From: Gemmatimonadales bacterium
GTDB taxonomy: Bacteria > Gemmatimonadota > Gemmatimonadetes > Gemmatimonadales > GWC2-71-9
Length of the DNA stretch: 64,000 nucleotides
Direction: 5' to 3'
Assembly: GCA_041615815.1 (NCBI GenBank)
Contig: JBFJCP010000001.1
Location: forward strand, 204,337 to 268,336
The position numbers and the translations under genes are program-made. Under the pieces are notes generated by a model. It ran no database searches. It worked only from the letters and a program-made list of their open reading frames with translations, and was not told the DNA's origin. Position 1 is the stretch's first letter. Each line of letters opens with the position of its first letter. Positions 56,877-64,000 of this stretch are shown piece by piece.

Positions 56877-59348
56877 ATGGCAGCCAGGAATCCATCGATC
56901 GGCAAGAGTCTCAAGCGTAAGGAAGACAAACGCTTGCTCGTGGGGAAGGGCACCTTCGCCGACGACCTGAAGTTCTCGCATCTGTCCCACTGCGCGATCC
57001 TGCGGAGTCCCCACGCGCACGCGCGGATCCGATCGATCGACACCTCCGCCGCCCTGGCGCACCCCGGCGTGTTCGGTGTGCTGACGGGCGAGGAAGTGGG
57101 ACGTATCTCCCGTCCCTTCCCAACCGGCATGCCCACCCGTCTTCCTTACTACAGTGCCGCCGTCGAGAAGGCCCGGTATGTGGGCGAGCCGGTCGCCATC
57201 GTCATCGCGGAGAATCGGTATGTCGCCGAGGACGCGTGCGAGCTGATTCGAGTGCAGTACGACGCCCTCCCGGCCGTCACCGATCCCGAAGCGGCCGCAG
57301 CCGAGGGGGCCCCGCTCTTGTTCGAGGAGCTGGGAACGAACGTGGTGAATCACCGGCTCCTATCCTACGGTGACATCGACCAGGCGTTCGATGAGGCCGA
57401 CGTCGTCATCAAGGAACGGTTTCGGTTTCACAAGTACAGCTCCACACCGATCGAGACCTGCGTGGCCGTGGCGCAATATGACGACGCCACTGGTGTCATG
57501 ACTGTTTGGTCCAACTTCCACGGACCGTATTCGCTGCACTCGTTCGTCGCCAAGGGCCTCAACCTTCCCGAGAACCGCCTGCGGCTCATCGCGCCGCCGG
57601 ACATCGGCGGAAGCTTTGGCATCAAGATCGGGATCATCTCCTATCTGACACTCCTGGGGCTCGCGGCCAAGAAGACGGGTCGCACGGTCAAGTGGGTCGA
57701 GGATCGTCGCGAACACCTCATGGCGCTGAACAGCGGCGCCGAGCGCACCGCCGATTACGAGATGGCCGCCAAACGGGATGGCACCATACTTGGCGTTCGG
57801 GCGCGATACATGGACAACAATGGTGCCTACATTCGTGCCCCGGAGCCTGCCAACCTCTATCGGACCACCGGCAACACGCCCGGCGGGTACCGGATCGCCC
57901 ACCTGCAGATCGACGCCAACTGCGTCGTCACCAACAAGTCACCCACGGGACCCAACCGCGGATACGGCTGTCAGCAGCTGTACTACTGCTTGGAGCGGAT
58001 GGTCGATCTCTTGGCCCGCGAGCTGGACGCGGACCCGGCCGAGCTACGGCTCCACAACCTGGTGCAACCGGACCAGTTCCCGTACCGCACCCCTTCCGGT
58101 GGCTTGTACGACAGCGGGAACTACCCGGCGGGAGTCCGCAAGGCGCTCGAGCTCGCCGACTACGAGAGCCTGCGACGCCAGCAGGCCGCGGCGCGGCGGG
58201 ACGGGAGGTTGGTGGGTATCGGGATTGCCACCGGCGTAGAGCCCTGCGTGAGCAACATGGGGTACTTGAACATCGCCTTCCCGCCAGAGCAGCGTGCCAA
58301 ACGAGGGTTTCACGGAAAGTCGGGCGCCGGGGAAGCCGCGACCATCAAGATGGATCCGATGGGTCAGGTGACCGCGATCCTTGGCAGCGCGCCCAGCGGG
58401 CAGGGCCATGAGATCCTCGTAGCCCAGGTCGTCGCCGACAACCTGGGGATTGCCCCGGATTCCGTGACCGTGGTCTCCGAGATGGATACGTTCACGCGTC
58501 TGTGGACGATCTCATCGGGGAACTACTCGAGCCGTTTCGCGTCGGCGGGCCTCAGCGCGTTCGCCGAAGCGGCGGTGAAGCTCAAGGAGAAAGTGCTGCG
58601 GGTCGCGTCCAATGAGCTGGACATCCCGATCGAGCGTTTGCGGACCGAGGACGGGAAGCTGTTTGTGGACGACGCCACGGAGCCCGTCATGGATTTTCGC
58701 CGTATCGCCGGGATCGCGCACTGGAACCCCGATTCGCTGCCTGACGGAATGGAGCCCGGGCTGCAGGTGGCCCACATCTTCAATTTCACACCCGCACGAA
58801 TCATCGACGAGCAGGACCGCGTCAACAGCTCGAACACCTACGGGTTCATTGCGGAGATCGTCATGGTAGAAGTCGATCGCGAGACGGGAGAGATCGAGTT
58901 TCTCAAGTTTGTCAGCGTGCACGATGCCGGTGTCATCATCAATCCCCAGCGCGTCGAGGGACAGGTGTACGGTGGGCTGGTGCATGGCATTGGCGGCGCG
59001 ATGTATGAAGATTTGGCGTACGACGAGAACGGGCAATTCTTGGCTGGCTCGTTCATGGATTACCTCTGTCCCACGGCCATGGAGATTCCGCCCTTGGCCA
59101 TTGGGCACACCTGCACTCCATCACCCTTTTCGACCGTGGGCACCAAGGGATGCGGCGAGGGTAGCGCGATGACCGCTCCAGCGGCCATTGCCAACGCCGT
59201 GAACGACGCGCTGTCCACCACAGGCGTGCAGATCAACGAGTTGCCGCTCACTCCGAGCAAGATCTGGACGGCAATGTGGAAAGCTGGAGCGGCGGAGGGT
59301 GGAGAAGCGGCAACAGTCTCTGCCCCTGCCACGTCTCCCGGAAGCTAG
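56877..59348 (+). CDS. Xanthine dehydrogenase family molybdopterin-binding large subunit
   Basis: RSPHAHARI, GGSFG, GQGHE, QVYGGLVHGIG, KGCGEG. Confidence 0.93.
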   Translation: MAARNPSIGKSLKRKEDKRLLVGKGTFADDLKFSHLSHCAILRSPHAHARIRSIDTSAALAHPGVFGVLTGEEVGRISRPFPTGMPTRLPYYSAAVEKARYVGEPVAIVIAENRYVAEDACELIRVQYDALPAVTDPEAAAAEGAPLLFEELGTNVVNHRLLSYGDIDQAFDEADVVIKERFRFHKYSSTPIETCVAVAQYDDATGVMTVWSNFHGPYSLHSFVAKGLNLPENRLRLIAPPDIGGSFGIKIGIISYLTLLGLAAKKTGRTVKWVEDRREHLMALNSGAERTADYEMAAKRDGTILGVRARYMDNNGAYIRAPEPANLYRTTGNTPGGYRIAHLQIDANCVVTNKSPTGPNRGYGCQQLYYCLERMVDLLARELDADPAELRLHNLVQPDQFPYRTPSGGLYDSGNYPAGVRKALELADYESLRRQQAAARRDGRLVGIGIATGVEPCVSNMGYLNIAFPPEQRAKRGFHGKSGAGEAATIKMDPMGQVTAILGSAPSGQGHEILVAQVVADNLGIAPDSVTVVSEMDTFTRLWTISSGNYSSRFASAGLSAFAEAAVKLKEKVLRVASNELDIPIERLRTEDGKLFVDDATEPVMDFRRIAGIAHWNPDSLPDGMEPGLQVAHIFNFTPARIIDEQDRVNSSNTYGFIAEIVMVEVDRETGEIEFLKFVSVHDAGVIINPQRVEGQVYGGLVHGIGGAMYEDLAYDENGQFLAGSFMDYLCPTAMEIPPLAIGHTCTPSPFSTVGTKGCGEGSAMTAPAAIANAVNDALSTTGVQINELPLTPSKIWTAMWKAGAAEGGEAATVSAPATSPGS

Positions 59349-59363
59349 GAGCACGAAAGCGTC

Positions 59364-59810
59364 ATGAAGATCAAAGGTGAAAGTGAATTCAAAGCGAGCC
59401 AGCAACGCGTGTGGGACCTGCTGCTCGATCCAGAGGTGATCTCCCGATGCATTCCAGGTTGTCAGGAACTCAAGGCCGTTGGGGATGACGCCTTCGAGGC
59501 GCGATTGCGCATCGGGATCGGCGCCGTGAGTGGCACCTATGAGGGGACGCTCCGAATTACCGAACGAACTCCACCGTCCCGGTACGCGATGGTGTTCGAA
59601 GGCACGGGGCGCGGCGGCTTCGTCAAGGGCTCGGGTCATGCGGATCTGCGCGCCGAGCAGGGGGGCACTATCGTAGCGTACGAGTGCGACGTCGAGGTGG
59701 GTGGGCTCATCGCCTCGGTGGGGCAGCGCGTGCTGGAGGGCGTGAGCGGCTTCCTCGTGGGCCAGATGTTCAGCAAGCTGCAGGGCTTCGCACGTGAGGA
59801 GGCCGCATGA
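59364..59810 (+). CDS. CoxG/SRPBCC family protein
   Basis: VWDLLLDPEVISRCIPGC, VGGLIASVGQR. Confidence 0.9.
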   Translation: MKIKGESEFKASQQRVWDLLLDPEVISRCIPGCQELKAVGDDAFEARLRIGIGAVSGTYEGTLRITERTPPSRYAMVFEGTGRGGFVKGSGHADLRAEQGGTIVAYECDVEVGGLIASVGQRVLEGVSGFLVGQMFSKLQGFAREEAA

Positions 59811-60688
59811 AGCCATCGGCCTTCGAGTACGTGCGCGCCACCAGTGTCGCCGACGCGATCGACGCGCTCGCACGGCACGAGTTCGAGGCCAAGATCCTGG
59901 CCGGCGGCCAGAGTTTGGTGCCGCTCATGAACTTTCGGCTTGCCGCACCTACCGTGCTCGTCGATACCAACGGCGTGGACGGATTGTCCTACATCAAGCG
60001 GACAAACGGGACCTTGGCATTCGGCGCGATGACCCGTCAAGGCGCGATCGAAGATTCGCCCATCGTGGCCGAGAGCTGTCCCTTGTTACTGGAAGCGACG
60101 AAGCTGGTGGGCCACCGCACGGTGCGCAATCGCGGTACCATCGGTGGCAGCATCGCACACGCCGATCCATCGGCGGAGTACCCGGCGGTCCTCCTGGCGC
60201 TCGATGGCGATGTCGTGGTGGAGGGTGCCTCCGGACAACGCGTGATTCCTGCCAGTGAGCTCTTCCTAACCGTGTGCACCACCAGCATCGCACCAAACGA
60301 GTTGCTCACAGAAGTACGTCTCCCCGTTCTCCCGGCTGGTACGGGTTCCGCGTTCCTCGAGCTCAACCGTCGTCACGGCGACTGGGCGATCGTCGGGGCT
60401 GTGGCAGTGGTGACGGTGGACGCGCGGGGAATCTGCGAGGAGGCCCGGATCGCGTTGGCTGGCGTGGACGCGACACCCGTCCGTTGTCACGCGGCCGAAT
60501 CGGTCTTGCAGGGCGAGCACCTCACGGAGCAGGTCCTCGCGGAAGCGGCGCGCCAATGCGCGGGGGCCGTGCACCCAGGCGACGATCTACACGCCACCGG
60601 CGACTACAAGCGGGCCATGGTCAGAGTCTTCGTCGAGCGAGCGCTCCGACTGGCTCGGGACCGCTGCGGGAGGATCGAGAATGTCTGA
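59807..60688 (+). CDS. Molybdo-hydroxylase FAD-binding medium subunit
   Basis: MKPSAFEY, AGGQSL, RNRGTIGGSIAHADP. Confidence 0.93.
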   Translation: MKPSAFEYVRATSVADAIDALARHEFEAKILAGGQSLVPLMNFRLAAPTVLVDTNGVDGLSYIKRTNGTLAFGAMTRQGAIEDSPIVAESCPLLLEATKLVGHRTVRNRGTIGGSIAHADPSAEYPAVLLALDGDVVVEGASGQRVIPASELFLTVCTTSIAPNELLTEVRLPVLPAGTGSAFLELNRRHGDWAIVGAVAVVTVDARGICEEARIALAGVDATPVRCHAAESVLQGEHLTEQVLAEAARQCAGAVHPGDDLHATGDYKRAMVRVFVERALRLARDRCGRIENV

Positions 60689-61172
60689 GACGATTCGCGT
60701 GACGGTCAACGGGGTCACCTACGAACGGACCGTCCAACCGCGCAAACTCCTCGCGGATTTTCTGCGCGAAGATCTGGAGCTCACCGGCACGCATGTCGGG
60801 TGCGAACACGGCGTGTGTGGTGCGTGCACGATTCGCGTGAATGGACAGACCGCCCGGTCCTGCCTGATGTTCGCCGTCCAGGCCGACGGCGCTGACCTCA
60901 CCACCATCGAGGGGCTTGCCGAGAACGGCGACCTCTCCCCGTTGCAGCAGGCGTTCTGGGAGCACCACGGCCTGCAATGCGGGTTCTGCACGCCGGGGAT
61001 GTTGATGTGTGCCGCAGAACTGTTGGAGCGCACGCAAGAGCCCAGCGAAAGTGAGATTCGGGAGGCGATCTCCAGCGTCTTGTGCCGCTGCACGGGGTAC
61101 CACCACATCGTGGAATCGGTGAAGGCAGCCGCAAGCTCCATGCGCGGGGAGCCCGACTCCGCCGCGGTGTGA
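60681..61172 (+). CDS. Molybdo-hydroxylase 2x[2Fe-2S] small subunit
   Basis: GCEHGVCGACT, QCGFCTPG, LCRCTGY. Confidence 0.95.
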   Translation: MSETIRVTVNGVTYERTVQPRKLLADFLREDLELTGTHVGCEHGVCGACTIRVNGQTARSCLMFAVQADGADLTTIEGLAENGDLSPLQQAFWEHHGLQCGFCTPGMLMCAAELLERTQEPSESEIREAISSVLCRCTGYHHIVESVKAAASSMRGEPDSAAV

Positions 61173-61392
61173 TCACGTGTCGGGTCCCAGAAGCCGGGTG
61201 CTGGGGTGCGGCATGACGCCTCCGGGGACTCCAGCGAGACGTCCGCAGAGCGTCCGCCCGCTCCCCGGTCGGAATTTGGCGCCCAACCTAACTCCCGCGT
61301 TCTGCAAGAGTGGTCCGGCTTTTGCCCACCTTCGGCCCCTGTCGCCGAACTCTCAAGTTCATATCGTACAATGACTTATGGTGGATGGCCCA

Positions 61393-61408
61393 AGGCACGG
61401 CTCTTGCC
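61393..61408 (+). promoter_or_regulatory. Possible sigma54 promoter upstream of the PAS protein
   Basis: AGGCAC-GGCTC-TTGCC. Confidence 0.35.
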
Positions 61409-61577
61409 GCCACTGTCAGCACAGCACGCCCCCCTGGCGGGGGGTCTCAATCTTTACCAAGATGGATCCGACCCTAGCGGGGCTGTGAGCTGGCGAGCAA
61501 TGGTGCGTGAGACCCCAATGGCGAGATCGCGTGAACCAGCCCACTCGACAGTCCCGCGGCGGAGACGAGGGGCCTAA

Positions 61578-63371
61578 GTGGCCGATAAGAGCACGCGTGG
61601 CTGGACAACCAAGCACACGCCGATCCAGGGATTTCCCGATCGGCCAGCGTCGGCGATGCCGGAGGATGACGAGGAGTCCGGTGAGCCTCGCGGTGCGTCC
61701 GCCGCCCCCGAGCAGGGGGATCTCGTGACGGCCGAGCAAGCGTCGGCCGGCAAGGGACCGGACTATCCGGCCGATCTGGTCTTCATCGTCGGCCCCGACG
61801 GCACGATCCTCTTCGTGAACCGTGAGCTCCCCGGCGTTCCCCAGGGGCAGGTGCTCGGATCTTCCATCTATCAATACATCTTTCCCGAGCAGCACGATGT
61901 GGTGCGCGAATGTCTCGATCGCGTGTTTACGAGCGGCAACGCGAGCGGGTATGAGTGCAGCGGCATGCGTCCGCACGATGCCAAGTCGTGGTACCAGTGT
62001 CGGGTGGCTCCGAATCGGCGTGAGGGACGAGTCGTCTCCGCCACGATCATCGCCCGCGACATCACCGGTCTCAAGAAGACCGAAGAACAACTCCGCCGCG
62101 AGCGCGAGACGCTCCAGACGGAGCTCGAGGAGCGCTCCAGTCAGCTCGCCGAGCTCAAGAAAGCGTGGAGCGAGCGCCTCGAGCGAGAGAGTGAGCGGCA
62201 GGAGGAGTTAGGACTCTTCCGAGACCTCATGGATCGCGCCGGCGAGGCGATCTTTATCACCGACCCCGCGACGGGCCGGTTCCTCGACGTGAACAATACC
62301 GCGTGCCGGTGGCTGGGGCGCAGTCGTGAAGAGTTGTTGACGCTGACGATCAACGACGTGGAGCTCCACTTCCCCGTCCAGACCCGGGAAACCATCGAGG
62401 AGCACGTCGTGGACACGCGGAATACCATGCGCCCCAGGGTGCTCGACAACGGGTTCCATCGTCGGCGAGACGGCTCGACGTTCCCGGTGGAGGTCGCGAT
62501 TGCTCGTCGAAACCTCGACAGGGGCGACTACATCTTGGCCGTGGCTCGAGAGATCAATTCCCGCAAACGGACCGAGGCCGCCTTGCGCGAGGCGCAGGAC
62601 CATTTTGAGACCTTGTTCATGCTCAGCCACGATGCGGTCTATCTGTCGGCACGCGACGGCACGGTGGCTGAGGCGAACGATGCGGCGGTCGAGCTCTTTG
62701 GCTACCCGCGAGAGACGCTCGTTGGGGCGCCAGCCAAGCAGTTGTACCGGCGGCCAGATCAGATCCGTCAATTCCAGCGGGCGGTGGCCGAACAGGGCGC
62801 CGTACGGGACATGCGGGTCGAACTCGTGCGGCGTGACGGCTCGACGATCCCGGCACTGCTCTCGGCGACGCTGCGGAAGAGTGGGGAGGGGCAACTCCTG
62901 GGGTATCAGTGTGTGCTCAGGCCCTCCGAGGAGCGCGCCACCAATCACGCATCTCCCGAGCCCGCGGAGGCGGCGCGGCCCGAGGCGCGGGACCACGCTG
63001 GCACCGTCCTCTTGATCGACCCCAACCCTCAGACCCGATTCAGCACGGCGGACGTGCTCGAGCGAGCCGGTATTTCGGTCGTGGCCACGGGTCCAGACAT
63101 CGGCGACGCGGGGTTTGACCCGCCGGAGCAGATCGACCTGGTGCTCCTGGGTGCCGAAACCGACCCCGAGGCGGCCCGGGGGGTGCTCCAGGACGTCCGT
63201 GGGGAGCATCCCGCGGTGCGTGTGGTCGCCATTGGCGATTCCGACGAGTCCGCGGCGGCCCTCCGGTCGGAGCTTGGCGAGGTGGTCGTCAGTCCGGGCC
63301 ACCCGCTCGCGCTGGTGCAGCGTGTGCGCGAGGCATTGGTGCAGCGTCCGCCCCCGTCGTCGCCCGCTTGA
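61578..63371 (+). CDS. Multi-PAS protein with C-terminal pseudo-receiver domain
   Basis: Three PAS/PAC units (DGTILFVN; RRRDGSTFPVEV; VRRDGSTIP), coiled coil, VLLID...IDLVLLG; start uncertain. Confidence 0.8.
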   Translation: MADKSTRGWTTKHTPIQGFPDRPASAMPEDDEESGEPRGASAAPEQGDLVTAEQASAGKGPDYPADLVFIVGPDGTILFVNRELPGVPQGQVLGSSIYQYIFPEQHDVVRECLDRVFTSGNASGYECSGMRPHDAKSWYQCRVAPNRREGRVVSATIIARDITGLKKTEEQLRRERETLQTELEERSSQLAELKKAWSERLERESERQEELGLFRDLMDRAGEAIFITDPATGRFLDVNNTACRWLGRSREELLTLTINDVELHFPVQTRETIEEHVVDTRNTMRPRVLDNGFHRRRDGSTFPVEVAIARRNLDRGDYILAVAREINSRKRTEAALREAQDHFETLFMLSHDAVYLSARDGTVAEANDAAVELFGYPRETLVGAPAKQLYRRPDQIRQFQRAVAEQGAVRDMRVELVRRDGSTIPALLSATLRKSGEGQLLGYQCVLRPSEERATNHASPEPAEAARPEARDHAGTVLLIDPNPQTRFSTADVLERAGISVVATGPDIGDAGFDPPEQIDLVLLGAETDPEAARGVLQDVRGEHPAVRVVAIGDSDESAAALRSELGEVVVSPGHPLALVQRVREALVQRPPPSSPA

Positions 63372-63396
63372 CCGGGGTCATCCCGCCCGGTAGCTT
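63368..63396 (+). promoter_or_regulatory. Candidate rRNA operon promoter
   Basis: TTGACC-17nt-TAGCTT. Confidence 0.6.
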
Positions 63397-63533
63397 TCCT
63401 CTACAGTGACGGACACACACGGGTAGCGCGACACCTGTGGGGATCTAGTTCACCCACGGGAGTTTTTGTCGTGTACGTTCCCTTGACGTTCCTCGGAGCG
63501 GTGTCTAGCTTTGGTGTCTGTCTTGGACATTTT

Positions 63534-63545
63534 TGCTCTTTGAAA
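63534..63545 (+). promoter_or_regulatory. rrn boxA antiterminator
   Basis: TGCTCTTTGAAA in the 16S leader. Confidence 0.75.
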
Positions 63546-63679
63546 ATCGACGGATACGGGATCATCGAGGAGTGCGGCCCGTTTGAGCGATGAGCGGATT
63601 CGGACGCTGATCGCAAGGGAACTAACTCCGAATTTGATCCGGACGACCTGATCGTTCGGTTCGAGCAGATTCAAACTTT

Positions 63680-64000
63680 CGGTGGAGAGTTTGATCCTGG
63701 CTCAGGACGAACGCTGGCGGCGTGCTTAACACATGCAAGTCGTACGAGGTTATCGAGGTGCTTGCACTTCGGTGCCTAGTGGCGGACTGGTGCGTAACAC
63801 GTGAGCAACTTGCCCTTTGGTGGGGGATAGCCGGCCTAACGGCCGGGTAATACCGCGTATGGCGTCGGGGCCTCATGGGCCTGACGTGAAAGCGGCCTTC
63901 GGGTCGCGCCAGAGGAGGGGCTCGCGGCCTATCAGCTTGTTGGTGGGGTAACGGCTCACCAAGGCGACGACGGGTAGCTGGTCTGAGAGGATGGCCAGCC
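63680..64000 (+). rRNA. rrs: 16S rRNA, 5' part (runs off window; 5' end approximate)
   Basis: AGAGTTTGATCCTGGCTCAG, ACACATGCAAGTCG, GGTCTGAGAGGATG. Confidence 0.99.

Noticed and set aside
56877..59348. Aerobic CO dehydrogenase (coxL)
   Set aside because: Lacks AYxCSFR and AYxGAGR, has PNRGYG; gene order is L-G-M-S
1..64000. Selenoprotein by UGA readthrough within the window
   Set aside because: Recognisable TGA-ending genes look complete and no split domain was noticed; not exhaustively tested

Overview
GC-rich bacterial chromosomal segment, most consistent with Gemmatimonadota (16S 5' end, SusC/SusD pairs, gene content; inferred, not classified). The left half is mostly housekeeping: gatB (partial), murA-pgeF, rimP-nusA-L7Ae-infB-DUF503-rbfA-truB-ribF, secD-secF-tatD-fhs-ridA, tRNA-Sec, a lipid kinase and lpxH. 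Next is a four-gene bacterial microcompartment (BMC) cluster (two BMC-H, acylating aldehyde dehydrogenase, PduL) running into an envelope-biogenesis-like operon (thioesterase, HEAT-cyclophilin, metalloprotease/PD40/Omp85 fusion, LolB-like lipoprotein, LptE), a CPA2 antiporter, rph and rdgB. The right half is surface/accessory: two SusC/SusD pairs, three small lipoproteins that look like barrel-less TonB plug domains, tRNA-Pro, tRNA-Arg, pentapeptide, RCC1 and DUF3179 proteins, a third TonB receptor with DUF1295, a seven-repeat RSL-like lectin lipoprotein, a molybdo-hydroxylase (L-G-M-S), a kinase-less PAS/pseudo-receiver protein and the start of a 16S rRNA gene. Best novelty candidates: the free plug-domain lipoproteins bracketing susCD, the incomplete BMC locus, and the seven-bladed lectin-like lipoprotein. 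No CRISPR array, integrase or transposase was seen. All family calls come from reading motifs, not database searches.
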